Below, piece by piece: positions 1 through 12,336 of a DNA stretch of 64,000 nt. This stretch comes from Cladosporium halotolerans (Eukaryota). The stretch is from NCBI RefSeq assembly GCF_011745625.1, contig NW_027191458.1, positions 868,001-932,000 of the forward strand, written 5' to 3'. The position numbers and the translations under genes were made by a program. Within the stretch, counting starts at the first letter, position 1. Every line of letters starts with the position of its first letter. Under the pieces are notes generated by a model that saw nothing but the letters and a program-made list of their open reading frames with translations, was not told the DNA's origin and did no database searches.

Positions 1-950
1 TCCACAGCAACCCTACCCGCTCCCTCACGCTTCAGTACCTCCAGTCTCCTCACAATCTCGCCCTTTGGCCTAGCCACCATCGCCGCATCCGTCGCCTTCC
101 CTTCTTTCCCGGGAGTGCTGAAAGGACTCCACCACCCAGCAAACATCTCCGACCAAGACGCCCCCGCCGAAACCGTATCACTCTTGCCGCCCTCACAGTC
201 CTCCCGCCTCCTGTTCGCCCACAGCACATGCACATCCGCCTCACCAGCCACAGCCTTCGCAGCCTGCAACGCCGGCGCAATTCCCGTCCCGCCCGCGAGG
301 AACACCACCTTGCCCACCCTCTCCGGCAAAACATACTCAGCATTCGGCCCACGCACCTCCACCTCCGCGCCAGCCTCCAGCCTATGCAAGTATCCCGACA
401 CCTCGCCGCCCCTCTCCTTGCGGATCAGAAACCGCAGCTCGTCCGCCGCCTGGCCCGGCTCGGGCGGCAGCAGCGTGTACGCGCGCGCGATCTGCAGCTG
501 CGGCTGCTTGAACAGCACGCTCCTGATCGCGCGCTCGCCGCCCTCGGCAGCCGCCAAATCCACGCCCTTCCCGCCCGCGATGGGCCTCAGCGTGAAAATC
601 GCACACGTCGACGAGACCTCCTCGCGGCCCGCGATGCGGTACTTCACAAAGCCGTCCTCGCCCACGCTCGCTGCGCCGCCGGCGCCGCCGTTGGCCTTCT
701 TGTGCTTGTAGACGCTGTAGCCGAAAGCCGCCGCGACGCCGATCGAGACGCCGAGAATTTTAGAGAAGCGGCTGAGCCGGGCGTCGTTGCCTTTGCTGTC
801 TTTGGGCGAGGGCGGCTCGTAGTGGGGGACTTGTTGGTGCTGGCGCGCGCGGGCGGTATGCGCGAAAGCGCGTTTAGGGGCGGTGGTTGGGCGGAGGCAT
901 CGTGAGGGTGCTGATGCGAGTTTTTGCGCGCGGGCGACTTGTGGGCGCAT
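1..950 (-). CDS. CYC2: Cyc2-like FAD/NAD(P)-binding flavoprotein (cytochrome b5 reductase-like fold, cytochrome c maturation); 3' end runs off the window
   Basis: Not in the ORF track because it is open at the window edge. Manual translation from the ATG at 950 gives MRPQVARAQKLASAPSRCLRP (Arg-rich presequence) and a TM segment ILGVSIGVAAAFGYSVY. It continues FVKYRIAGREEVSSTCAIFTL..FKQPQLQIARAYTLLP..LRFLIRKERGGEVSGYLHRL..VRGP..VFLAGGTGIAPALQ (RxYT and GGTGIAP motifs). Confidence 0.85.
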   Translation of the reverse strand, partial: MRPQVARAQKLASAPSRCLRPTTAPKRAFAHTARARQHQQVPHYEPPSPKDSKGNDARLSRFSKILGVSIGVAAAFGYSVYKHKKANGGAGGAASVGEDGFVKYRIAGREEVSSTCAIFTLRPIAGGKGVDLAAAEGGERAIRSVLFKQPQLQIARAYTLLPPEPGQAADELRFLIRKERGGEVSGYLHRLEAGAEVEVRGPNAEYVLPERVGKVVFLAGGTGIAPALQAAKAVAGEADVHVLWANRRREDCEGGKSDTVSAGASWSEMFAGWWSPFSTPGKEGKATDAAMVARPKGEIVRRLEVLKREGAGRVAV

Positions 951-1451
951 TTTCTTCTAATTGCGAGGCTTGTTGGTTTGGAAGGGAAGTGGTGGGTTCG
1001 CATTGGGTTGGTTGGAATTTGGGGATGCTTTCTCGGGCATGACGTGGGACGTTGGCTTCGATCGTCGACTACCATGTAAAGTACGTTTTTTGTTATTGTA
1101 TGCAAGGATAAATACGGCAACGATCTTTGAGCGTGGGAGAAATACATCTAATTTGCGAATGGCTACTGTAAATCGTTAAGGTGGAGCCAAGACTAGGTAT
1201 GCTAATAGATATGACATCGTAAGAATCACGAAGGCGTAGGTTGATGTGCGAAACGAAATCGAAGTCCAAAAATCCACTCAAAACCATGCCATCGACATCA
1301 GTCATACAAAATTCGTCCGGAGAAGGGAAATATTGCTGAAAACCGCTCGACCGCCCAAGGTGATTAAACGCCTGCTCGTCCCGCCGCTGACCGAAGTTTT
1401 TGCCTGACCACCAAAGAAACCATGCCGTGATCGTCAATGAGCCCTGCCGTC

Positions 1452-3755
1452 TCAGAGCCAATAGCTCTCGCCGCTCTTCGAGATGATAAACTCACACCCC
1501 AGACCCTTCCCATCCTCCTGTAACGCCTGCTCATGAGCATTGAGCTCTTCCAAAATAGTGTCGCCCACGTAAGGGCCGTCTTTGAAGGTGTCTTTGACGT
1601 GGATGATAACGACCTTCAAGCCCTTCAGAGGCAGATCCCAATTCCCTGCATCGTGCGTGTAAGACCTGCCGACGTCGAATGTATTTGCTTTCGATAAGCC
1701 GTTTGGTCCGAAATGAGGACGAGCCTGATTCGGGGATTGAGGGTGGGATGTGGACATTGGCGACATCGGCGCGTCTGCAGCAGAGTCCGATGCCATATAA
1801 TGAGATTGATCAGCTGGCGATGGAGGCCCAGAAGAAACCTGCATCGGGGATGTGCCAGGGGCGCTGTGGTCGGGTTCACTTCTTCGACGATAGTTCTGGC
1901 TGATAGTCCGGCCAGCCAGGCTACGGCTGCGTTTCTTCTCACTCTCGCCAACAGCGTGACGCGCGACTTCTCCACTGGAGATGCCAGACCGCTTCCGTTT
2001 CTTGATGAGTCGATCTTCATGATCCATCTGAATCCTTGCCTCGCGAACCAAGCCGGCCAGGGCCCCTAATTCCGTGATCAAGTGCCGAGGAGCAAGGTGA
2101 CCGAAAAGATACTCGTCAGATTGGCTATCCTTGTATGAGCATTCTACGAATATACCAGTGAGGGAACCATTCGCAATCTTTTTCGCAGACTCGGCCCAAA
2201 TAATATAGTTGCGTGGCGTCAAGGACAGGGCGTCTGGCTCCACATCTCCAAAAATCAGGACCTCTCGTCCAGTCTCGCTATCCCTGACGAAGTAAGCGGT
2301 GCTGTCTACCACGCATGACGACTCCTGTGGATGCATATTAGGTGATTGATTGTTGTGGAAGCTTGATCTCGGATTCAGTCCCGGCGTGCCTGGTGTGGAG
2401 AATTGCGACTGTTGGTTGAACGACAATGACCGCGGGAGATTTTGTGCAGTCAGGTCAGCAGAGCCGCCATGATTGGTGTCTGCGATATTCGGTATGCTCC
2501 CTCGGTGCTGATGCGCCGGCGGAGATTTGGTGCATACACCGTGGTTCACCTTGAACGCTTTCGCGCCCAAGCCGTCGCAAACTTCAATGTAGCCACGACC
2601 TTCGCCTTCACCAACCATGGGATCGCCACCTTCTTTGAGTCTTTGAAAGGTAACGAATCCTACACCACCATCTTCATCGCTGAGGTTCGGCCAGATGACA
2701 TCGTTAAAGATGTGTCGTTTGACAGCATCAACGGTGCTTGGCAAGGCGGCGAGTGTCTTTGGCTTGGACGTCGCATGGAAAGCAGCCGTGTTGATGGCGA
2801 ATCCAGATATGTGATCGAGGTGTGGGTGCGTGATGAGGTAAGTCGAAATGTACAGCTGCAAGAGATGTAGCGCGTTCGCACGAGGCGTGGCATGCGGCAG
2901 CTTCATTCCAGCGAATGGCCCATGTGTCATGAACATGGGTTCTGGCTTGGGCGTGTCTTCCGCATCGGAGCTCTCCGTGTCCACCTCCGCATCCTGGGTC
3001 GGAGATAGAGAGGTCCTCGCCAGGTCCTGACTTAACCCTGGTGTCTGAGCTCCTCGTGCTGCCTCTCGCCTGTCGTCGGCCGCAGCTTTCTCCTTCGTCA
3101 GAGCGAAGTCCCTCTCAACGATCCTTGTTATGGGCGCCAAATGGCTTCCGGCATCCACTGCAAGAACGCTCCCCTTGGCCCAATCTGTCGCGATGCTGCG
3201 CACCAGAAAGGCAGTCACGTTTTCCTCGCTAGGCCCACCGCTTGCGCCAAGGCATACAACCTGCAATGCAGGCTTCCGAGGACCTCTGTTTCCCCTCCCT
3301 CTTTTCCCTAACGACGTCGCGGATATGCCATCGACAGAGTGCCGTGGCGCCGTGTCTCTGTCGGAAGATGCGACCTCACGCTCACTGGCGTTGTTCATGG
3401 AGCGCGGCGGCCAACGGCGCGGCGATTGACATGTATGTAGCCGGTGCACTGTCTCGGGCGTGTGCAGCTGCGGCTCGCTCGGACAGACGGCAGCGGTCGG
3501 GGACGTGTTTGCGCGGACGTCGGGCGCCTGAATGGATGTTGGTGAGAGAGTGGCTCGGGTGGGCTCACCAAGCACAGCATACCGGGCTCGTGGGATGGTG
3601 TCGCACGCGGCGCAGCTGACCCGGTCCCACTCTTCTGTACCGGGGCCGTTCTGGCCGTTGCGCTCGAGCTGGAGCGGTGGACCGCGCGGGGCCACATCCA
3701 GACCGAGGCGCTGTAGGGCTGTGCGGAGAGATGTTCTGCGGTCACGTGAGCTCAT
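1452..3755 (-). CDS. PDE1: Low-affinity class II cAMP phosphodiesterase (metallo-beta-lactamase fold)
   Basis: 767-aa ORF with LQVVCLGASGGPSEENVTAFLV, LITHPHLDHISG, HIFNDVIWPNL, IFGDVEPD, ECSY..LFGHL and IIHVKD motifs. The true start may be a downstream Met. Confidence 0.93.
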   Translation of the reverse strand: MSSRDRRTSLRTALQRLGLDVAPRGPPLQLERNGQNGPGTEEWDRVSCAACDTIPRARYAVLGEPTRATLSPTSIQAPDVRANTSPTAAVCPSEPQLHTPETVHRLHTCQSPRRWPPRSMNNASEREVASSDRDTAPRHSVDGISATSLGKRGRGNRGPRKPALQVVCLGASGGPSEENVTAFLVRSIATDWAKGSVLAVDAGSHLAPITRIVERDFALTKEKAAADDRREAARGAQTPGLSQDLARTSLSPTQDAEVDTESSDAEDTPKPEPMFMTHGPFAGMKLPHATPRANALHLLQLYISTYLITHPHLDHISGFAINTAAFHATSKPKTLAALPSTVDAVKRHIFNDVIWPNLSDEDGGVGFVTFQRLKEGGDPMVGEGEGRGYIEVCDGLGAKAFKVNHGVCTKSPPAHQHRGSIPNIADTNHGGSADLTAQNLPRSLSFNQQSQFSTPGTPGLNPRSSFHNNQSPNMHPQESSCVVDSTAYFVRDSETGREVLIFGDVEPDALSLTPRNYIIWAESAKKIANGSLTGIFVECSYKDSQSDEYLFGHLAPRHLITELGALAGLVREARIQMDHEDRLIKKRKRSGISSGEVARHAVGESEKKRSRSLAGRTISQNYRRRSEPDHSAPGTSPMQVSSGPPSPADQSHYMASDSAADAPMSPMSTSHPQSPNQARPHFGPNGLSKANTFDVGRSYTHDAGNWDLPLKGLKVVIIHVKDTFKDGPYVGDTILEELNAHEQALQEDGKGLGCEFIISKSGESYWL

Positions 3756-5390
3756 CTTTGAATGCCAACCGGGCGCCTCGCGAAGAGAGTGACACTTGTC
3801 GACTGTTGGTCACAGTGAATTGTGCTCGCTCGCAAGCGTAAGAAGAGTGGTTTGGGTTCACATTGCTCTGCAGGCGTTGTTGTCATTCCACAGCGCTCTC
3901 CGACAAGCGAGAAACACCTGGGGGCACAAGCATTGCTGTGTGCTGCATTGCGTCAACTCACCTGCGCTGTGAGCAGAATCATTGGGCGAAAGAGTACGCC
4001 TCGAGCTCGGACTTGAAAGCCCTATCCATCCACGAGATCTTCGCATCTCACTGCTTCTCGCCTCTCCAAAGCCCTACAGCTGAGCCCTATGCCCTAGGTG
4101 CATCTCCAGACGTGCTCAAATGCTTCTCGAGACCTCACCTCATTCGCAAACGACACATCATGTTGTGATTGCGTTTGTTTCCACGGATGCACAGTGCAGA
4201 ATGCTCAAGATTTCACCTCTGAATGATGCATAAGGAAGGGGGAAGATCTAGCGCCTCGTACCGACGAAATGCCGACAGGGGAAGCTGTTCGCGAGCTGCA
4301 TCCGATCTATCGTCATGAAAACTGTCCGAGACGCCAACGGAAGACATCAATCGCAATAGATGAGTCCAAAGCCACAAACCCGGTTCGTCTTGAAGTGATC
4401 GCATCGTTCACCTCGTACACTAGTACAGAGAAGGTAGCCACTACTAGGCGACAGTACGGCGAGATTTGGACCCATCACCATTGCCGATTTTGGAACAACC
4501 ACATAGCATATGACAGCGGAATGGACACCGCGGAAGACACACCGTCCCAACACCGAACGGCTGTTTGGTGGAGAAACTAGACGTAGCACGCACAGGCATG
4601 ATATTGCGCCCAAGTCTGCCGGGGTGCAGAACGGTTTCCTCATGGGAACGTGAAACGCCAAGCCTGTCAGAAGCAAACCGAGCCAACAGGCAATTTCAGA
4701 CGAGGTCCATCAGCAGGTACACAGGAAGGTTTCCGCAGGTGTCAGCCACGCCTTATTACCTGCAAACCAGGCCATTTTTACAGGCATATCAATGCAGACC
4801 TCACGCGTGGTGCAAGTATCTCAGTACAATGATGCCCTGCGCTTCACCACCAGTCATCATGCCGGTCATCTTTCTGGATCTCGACGTCGCCAAGAGGTCG
4901 GCAAGCACGCGTCCCACCTTTCAAACACGCTGGCGTCAACAGCTGAGGCCTGTGAGCGACCACGCGAGGCGCCACAGCCGAGACGAACGTCGCAGTTCTC
5001 TCTATCGCTTCTTCGAGCCCATGTCAAGAGCGCCGCCATGTATATCTCTAACACTAACAAAAACTTAAACGCGCACCGATTCCCGACTTGGCGCCTATTA
5101 AGCATGATCAAGTGGGTACTGACATCGTTTCGTTGTAGCGAGGCTCAATATACGACGTGCGGAGACACGCCGAGTTCAAGACCGCAGGTAAGGGAAAGGG
5201 GAGACGCCATTGCTATAAGATGGGTTGCCTCCATCAGAAGTTCAGTTGGTTGTCAGTTCATTCCAATTTCATCGCAAACAGTCACTCGTTCACCTTATCC
5301 TTCTTTCGTTTCCATCTTCGTTGACCGAAGATCGATCTTCAAGCTCTTTCGCATCTTTCGCATCAGCAATCCCTCACAACTCCCTTCAAA

Positions 5391-6433
5391 ATGAAGACTG
5401 CTGCTTCCGTCCTCGCTCTGGCCGTCGCTGTGCGCGGCCACTACACTTTCAGCAAGCTCCAGGTCAACGGCCAGGCCGTCGGCAGCGACTGGCAGTACAT
5501 CCGTGAGCACACTCGCGGCTACATGCCGACCAAGGGTCAGGAGATCCTTGAGAACGACTTCCGTTGCCAGCCCGGTGGTGACAGCGGTGCCAACACCGAG
5601 GTCTACACTGTTGGCACTGGCGACGAGGTCACCTTCCTTGGCGCCTTCGGCATGAACTCCATCGAGCACCCTGGTAAGCTTTTGTCCTCTGGAAGACTCA
5701 GAATCTCAGCTTTGCTAACGTGCTTAAAGGCCCCGCTCAGGTCTACTTCTCCAAGACCGACGACGTCAAGTCCTACGACGGCTCCGGCGACTGGTTCAAG
5801 GTCCGCGAGGCTCTCTTCTGCTCCAACCCGGGCAACGACGGCGCCCTTACCGACGCCTGGTGCACCTGGGGCGAGCCCGGCATCGCTTTCACTGTCCCCG
5901 AGACCGTTCCTGACGGCGAGTACCTCGTCCGCGTCGAGCACATCCCTCTGCACGGCGCTCAGGGCACTTCCACCGGCGCCGAGTACTACTACTCTTGCGG
6001 TCAACTGAAGGTCGAGGGCTCCACTGCCGAGTCGCTGCCTTCGGCTGAGATGGGAAAGATCCCAGGCATGATTCAGCCGGACGATGATGCTGTCACATTC
6101 AATATTTGGACTTCCGTTTCCAGCTACCCAACCGCCCCCGGTGTGGCTCTGGCGCCTGGCGGCGAGACCTGGGGCACCGCCGATGGCTCCAGCGATGCCG
6201 TTGTAGAGAACACTGAGGGCGTCCAGGCTGGCTCCAGCTCCGGCTCTTCCAGCTCCGGCTCTTCCGACAACTCGAGCTCCACCCCTACCACCAGCCAGAA
6301 CACCCAGAACCCGTGGTCCAACGGCCAGAGCAACACCCAGAGCAACGGCCAGACCAGCCCCGAGTGCGAGGTTCAGTACGTTGAGCGTTCTGTCTCCAAG
6401 TCTCGCCGCGCTCGCCGCTCGGTCAAGGCTTAA
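5391..6433 (+). CDS. AA9 (GH61) lytic polysaccharide monooxygenase with Ser/Gly/Asn-rich C-terminal extension
   Basis: Signal peptide MKTAASVLALAVAVRG followed by His1 (HYTF). Intron 5674-5729 (GTAAGC..GCTAAC..AAG) joins HPG|PAQVY. Also GDWFKV, GEYLVRVEHIPLH and AEYYYSCGQL. Confidence 0.93.
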
Positions 6434-7111
6434 GCGCTAGGCCACGTGGTGGACTGTCACGGAGCTTCTGAATGAGGTTTCGTGAAGGTTGCGACCTCCG
6501 ACGACTTGCGAAGTGAATACGATGTGTTGAGCTTTGAGGATTCGAGACGCTCCTTTTTGCCTGACGGCGAGTGTCCTGCTTCCGGGTGCTTGTTGTTAGG
6601 CCTTTGATGTACTTTATCCAGAATAGAATCGAAAAACAATCAAAGATTGATTTTCGGCGATGATCTCAGTGCCATGCTGTATTGTAGTGGAAAGCGATGC
6701 TTTAAACTTTTTTTCCTTTTGACTGCGGTGCGTCATTGAACATTGGAAGTGTAGTGAAGGCATGTTGAATGACAACACCAATCACTCACTCATGATCGAT
6801 TGACGCTGTTGGCGCAAGAATCAATTCATACATTGTCACTACGCTATCCTACGGACCAACAGCGTTGTATACAAAGCCGCTTTCGATAGAAATTTCTGGC
6901 TTATACAAAATAACCTCTCACATATAATTCAATATCATTACAATCGCTACTGTCTTCCTTCGTAATTCGACCCGTTCTGTATCTCGCATCCTTGACCCAT
7001 CCGGCGATCTCTCGGAGCCACCCGGCCGAAGCCGACAGCGTCGAACCTCCACCGACCGAACAGCAGACGCAACGAATCGCCGCCAACCGGGCAATGTAAG
7101 GGCGACGAAGA

Positions 7112-7598
7112 ATGTCCGCACCCACAGCGCCCAATGGCGCTCCCATCAACCTCAAGCGGAAGCCCATACCCCTATCCGCCAGCCAGGAGTCGCAGGTGCG
7201 CGAGCTGTACTACAAGCGCGTGCGGAACAAGTGCGCGGACGAAGTGAGAGGTATGCTTTCGGATCATGTGTTTAGCCCTTGCGATCAAGATGAGATGGCT
7301 GATAAGTATTTGACTAGATTTTGCGGCATGCTGTACGAATAGAACGTTCACTGCGACCTTCATGTGCCGGCCACAGCAGAAGTTGATGAACGCCTGCATG
7401 AACCAGTACGCCACGCAGGAGGAGATGGACGCGGCGCGTGACGAGTGGTTTGCGACAATGGATACGAGACGGGAGGAGAGGATGGCGAAGGAGAAGAAGC
7501 GTGTGGAGGATGAGAAATTCTGGCAGGATTGGTGGAATAAGGACAAGAAGACGAGCGAGCTGCCTGCGCAGCCGGTTAAGGAGCAGGGGAAGAAGTGA
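7112..7598 (+). CDS. CMC1: Cmc1-like twin CX9C cytochrome c oxidase assembly factor
   Basis: Intron 7251-7317 joins KCADEVR-DFAACCTNRTFTATFMCRPQQKLMNACM, giving two CX9C motifs. Confidence 0.85.
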
Positions 7599-8579
7599 GC
7601 TACAAAGCAGAGGATACACAGGGTTTACGCCGGAATGAGTTGCCCCTGCACTCGGAAGGCTAAGACGAGCATTTATGGGATGGGGAAGGGAGCATGCACC
7701 ATGTGTGGCCTCAGATGCGGAAGGACACTGCAAGCATCAAAATACTGAACCGAGCACGAAAGACAATGACTTCGCAGACCAACAGAAGCCCTCTGGTTTG
7801 GAGGACGGTGGTGTTGTTGGAATTGCGTCCAGTACTACGTGTACAATGGGAGCTCATTGCAGGTGGTGGACCAGAAAACCACGGACTGGACAATGTAAGA
7901 TATTTACTTATATACGCTGCGTGGCATGAAGCGTCTCGATCATCGCTTCCCAGCAGCGGCAGCCGGCAAGCCTTTTGCAATAGCCTGTCCGGCGGCTTTG
8001 ATCAAAGAAATCTCAACACTCCATGGCTGTGCCAGTATGTCCTTGATTGCAACCCGGACTTGATTGTTCTTGAAGTTGTTCCTTCTTGTATGACATCGTA
8101 GTGACACCGTTCTGTACATCATTCCTTGCCGTAACCTCAAGACAAATCATCACTCACCTACTCTAAGGGCGCTGCTTACACATGGAAAATACCTGTGCTG
8201 TACGGCGGTTGCGGCCGTGATCTACCCGGTCAGTCTTATTTCGCCTAGCAGCTCACGGTATTATTGAAGGGTTCATGCGAACGTAGCGTGCTCCGATGCA
8301 CATGTCATTCACATCTCTTTCGCAAGCAAACGGATCCAATCGAGAATGCTGCCGCGAAGCCTTTTTCCATTGTAAACGGATCAAAATGCAATTAATTGAT
8401 GAATAATGATGCGGCGGCAACGGGACGCCTGCGGATAACGCCCTACTGCAAAGTGGGCCCTGGCGGGAGTGGCACTACCAAAAGTTACCTCATTTAAACA
8501 GCGAGTGTCCCACCAGACAGATCGCCAGAGCCTCGGCTTCAACTGCGGACAAGTGAATGTGCAATCGACGCGGCCAAAA

Positions 8580-9545
8580 ATGCCACGCCCAACCTACACC
8601 GAAGAACAGGTCTACCAGATCTACGATCGGATCGACCTCCCACAACAACATCGGCACCGCCCAGGCGAAGCATCCAAAGCGATCGCACGTAGCAATGACG
8701 GCCTCGCCTACCTCTCCACCCTCCAGCGGCACCATCTCGCCAGCGTGCCTTTCGAAAACCTAGAACTACACTACTCCCCGACCAAAGTCATCACAACCGA
8801 CCATGAGCTCCTCTTCCAAAAAATCGTCACCCAAGGCACCGGCCGCGGCGGCTACTGCATGGAAAACAACCTCTTCTTCGCCACCTTCCTGCGCACCCTC
8901 GGCTTCCAGATAATGAGCACCGGCGGCCGCGTCAACAATTCCAAGCAACCCGACAGCGCCGGCGTCGTCCCCGAGACCTTCACCGGCTGGAGCCACATGA
9001 TCAACATCGTCACGGTTCAAAACGCCCGCTACATGGTCGACGTCGGCTTCGGCACCGGGCAGTCCACGCACCCGCTGCTTCTCAAAGACCGGCAGCCCAG
9101 CTTGAATATCGCGCCCTCGCAGCTCGTGCGTTTGCGCTGGGACGCGCCGGCTGAGAACGAGGACCAGGATTCCAAGCTGTGGATCTTTGAGCGCCAGGAC
9201 ACGCCGGAGGGGCCGTGGATCCCGACGTACTGCTTTCCGGACGGCATTGAGTTCTTGCCAGCGGACTATATGGTTGCGAACCATTTCACGTCGACGCACC
9301 GGTCGAGCTTCTTCACGTATAAGGTCGTGTGCTCGAAGTTTGTGCTGGATGACGTGGGTGAGGAGATCGTGGGGACTGTGGTGGTCTTTGGGAACAGTGC
9401 GCATAGACGTATCAAGGGCGTCAAGGAGGATCTGGGACCCATCGAGAAGGAGGAAGATAGGATTGGGATTTTGGACAGGCATCTCGGCGTGAAGTTGAGC
9501 GAGCATCAGAAGGCTGGCATTCGGGGAATGTTTAGTGCCGTGTAG
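8580..9545 (+). CDS. Arylamine N-acetyltransferase (NAT family)
   Basis: PFENL, RGGYCMENN (catalytic Cys), SHM (His) and VDVGFG (Asp) triad motifs. First in-frame ATG is at 8580; no intron needed. Confidence 0.93.
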   Translation: MPRPTYTEEQVYQIYDRIDLPQQHRHRPGEASKAIARSNDGLAYLSTLQRHHLASVPFENLELHYSPTKVITTDHELLFQKIVTQGTGRGGYCMENNLFFATFLRTLGFQIMSTGGRVNNSKQPDSAGVVPETFTGWSHMINIVTVQNARYMVDVGFGTGQSTHPLLLKDRQPSLNIAPSQLVRLRWDAPAENEDQDSKLWIFERQDTPEGPWIPTYCFPDGIEFLPADYMVANHFTSTHRSSFFTYKVVCSKFVLDDVGEEIVGTVVVFGNSAHRRIKGVKEDLGPIEKEEDRIGILDRHLGVKLSEHQKAGIRGMFSAV

Positions 9546-9999
9546 ACCTTCTTGAGGCAGATCGTAGAGAAGGTGGATTGAAGCCGTAAATACATAACGA
9601 CACAAATGATTTCTCTTTGCTAGGAGGAGTCATTGAATACCTAATCGTTTTATCCGGACGCGCCTTCAGGGCAACCTAGACGATAAAGGCCGAGCGCAGA
9701 TACAAGTCTCCTATGGATATGCCGTCTGGTCATACAAGAACGGGTCTTCAGGCGTGCAAGAAGTAGAGGTGCACAATGGCAAACTTCTTCGAGCAACGAT
9801 CGTACGACTAACGATGGGTACGAATACACGAAATTACTCCAAAAGCATCAATCCGTAGATGCTTAGAAATGACTCCGAATAAAAGGTATCTAGAAACAGC
9901 AGATATCTGCTCAAAGGCGCAGACGGACCGCGCCTATACGAAAGAAGGTTATTGAGAAATTTGTCTCCAAAAAGACGACGTCGCACGAGGAGAAGGCGT

Positions 10000-10835
10000 T
10001 TACGCAGTCTTCTGCCACGCGCTGTAGAGGCCGAGCAAACTGCTGACAGTTCCAGCAAGGCCGACGATGCCGTCGTCAAGGTTAGCGTAGCCGAGAGCGC
10101 TGCTGGGCACGGTCAGATCGCAGAGGTCGGAGAGCAGCTGCAGCTGGGCGGTGCTGGCATCCCTACATAAATGTTAGCACAATTCCAACCGCAGAAAGAA
10201 GGTTTAAAACGCACTTGGCCAGCTTCTTCACCTCAACAGCCTTCTCCGCATCCGCGCTGTCCTGCTGCTTCTTCGCCTGGATCCTCAGGTTGTAGAGTGT
10301 GTACAAGCCCGCAATGACATTGCAGCTCAGACCAAAGAACCACGCGCGGTAGGCCTCCTTCTGCAGGCGCGCGGCAGCCTGGAACTTGCGGATACCCGCG
10401 ACGTCCGGGTAGCTCATGTTGTCGAGCAGCATGTAGAATGCGTAGCCGAGCTGGCGGCCGACGGCCAAGTACTTGACGATGGGATCAGCGGCCTTCGAGT
10501 CGGAGGCGACGGCGGCGAGCTTGAAGTGCTCGATGAACTTTGTCAGGCGCATGGCCTTGCGCACGCTGCCGAAGTTCTTCTTGACGCCATTGAAGACATC
10601 GACGGTCGATTGCGAGTGGTTGGTGCGGTAGAGGTACCAAGCAAGGAAGCGGGAGAAGTACTGGATGGTGCGGAGGGTCTTGTCGCGGCCGACTGTTTAG
10701 GAAAGACGTTGTTAGACTGTGGGTCCGAAGAGAGATTTGTTACGTGCTGTGCGCAGGTGATCACGTACGGGTCGTGGCCACAAACTTCTGGTAGTGGCTG
10801 ATAGCCGGGTGGTAGACGAGCGCGTCGGCGACCAT
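10000..10835 (-). CDS. PEX11: Peroxisomal biogenesis factor 11
   Basis: Spliced product MVADALVYHPAISHYQKFVATTLGRDKTLRTIQYFSRFLAWYL..RKAMRL..LSDLCDLTVP..LDDGIVGLAGTVSSLLG..WQKTA*; two introns. Confidence 0.93.
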
Positions 10836-11276
10836 GGTGTGCGGTGTGAGAGGGGAAGTTGTGGTTATGCGGCGATAGAGGGAGGTAGGCGGACCAAGAC
10901 AAGTGAAGTCGAAGGATGGGCGCTCGGCTCGTGGTGAGGTGGAGGAGGAATGGGACAATAAGCCTCCGGTGCAGTCGCCGATATGTACTGGTTGGAGGAG
11001 CTGGCGCATCAGCTGCCCCCACGAAACGCGCAGGGTCGCGGGCCCGGAGCGGAAAAGGGTAGCCGAGGCCTCGGTCGCGAGATCGGCATGCGCACGTCAC
11101 AGCACGGCAGCCGGCGTGAGGGCTGGTAAGCTTGCATGTGCCGCTGGGGCTGCTTGAGCCTCTCTCAAACCCTTGTACAAAAACATCTCCGGCCATATAT
11201 CCGCTCGCCCCGCGCTCTCTGCCCCCCTCTCGGTCGCGTGGTGTTGCTCATTGCAATGCTCTAGGAGAGCAGCACG

Positions 11277-12336
11277 ATGTCCAAGGCCGAAGCAAAATCA
11301 AAAGATGTGCAGCATGGCGCAATCCACTATCCGTTGTGGTTTGGAGGCAGCGCAAGCTGTTTCGCTGCATGTGTGACCCATCCGCTCGATCTGAGTAAGT
11401 CGCAATGCCATTGGAATGTGAGAGAACATCACTGACCATTGTATAGTCAAGGTAATTCGGTCATGCCCTACGATCGCTCCCGAACATCGCTGACACCACC
11501 TAGGTCAGACTACAAACGCAGCCGCATGATGGAACGCGAAAAAACATGCTACAAATGATCACCCACGTAGTAAAGGGCGATGGCTTCACTGGGCTGTACA
11601 GAGGAGTGAGGCGACACTTGTGTATTTGGATATTCGTTCATTAGTTGACAATGGCCGCCAGCTTTCTGCGTCCCTGCTCCGTCAGATCACATACAGCACT
11701 ACCCGTTTCGGTGTCTACGAAGAGCTCAAGGAAACCTTTACCTCTGCGAAATCGTCACCTTCATTACCGACCTTGATTGCCATGGCTTCTACTTCTGGAT
11801 TCCTTGGTGGCATTGCTGGGAACCCCGCCGATATTCTCAACGTAAGAATGCAGAACGATGCATCACTACCACCGGAGCAACGGAGGAACTACAAACATGC
11901 GGTTGACGGTCTGGCGCGCATGGTCAAGGATGAGGGAGTGCGAAGCCTTTTCCGCGGCGTTTGGCCCAACAGTATTCGTGCGGTTCTCATGACTGCCTCG
12001 CAATTGGCGAGTTACGACGTTTTCAAGAAAGAGCTTCTGCAACGAACCAGCCTTGGCGACGACCTCACAACACATTTCACGGCTTCTATTATGGCCGGCT
12101 TTGTCGCAACCACCGTGTGCTCGCCCGTCGACGTGGTGAAGACTCGCGTGATGAGTGCGCATACTCAGGAGAGCATCGTCGGCTTGATCACTCGTATCAC
12201 AGCTAAAGAGGGTCTGGGATGGGTCTTCAAGGGATGGGTGCCCAGCTTCATCAGACTCGGCCCGCATACTGTGGCGACATTCATGTTCCTGGAGCAGCAT
12301 AAGAAGATGTACAGGAAATGGAACGGGTACGAATAG
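11277..12336 (+). CDS. DIC1: Mitochondrial dicarboxylate carrier (SLC25 family)
   Basis: Exons 11277-11394, 11447-11451, 11504-11605 and 11662-12336. They give HYPLWFGGSASCFAACVTHPLDLIKVRLQ, GLSASLLRQITYSTTRF, NPADILNVRMQ, SPVDVVKTRVM and GWVPSFIRLGPHT. Confidence 0.92.

Noticed and set aside
115..905. Long plus-strand ORFs (198 and 225 aa)
   Set aside because: They are antisense shadows of the CYC2-like gene on the minus strand, which carries the recognisable motifs.
5975..6000. Glu instead of Gln before the axial Tyr in the AA9 (AEYY)
   Set aside because: Q/E variation at this position is already part of the known AA9 motif.
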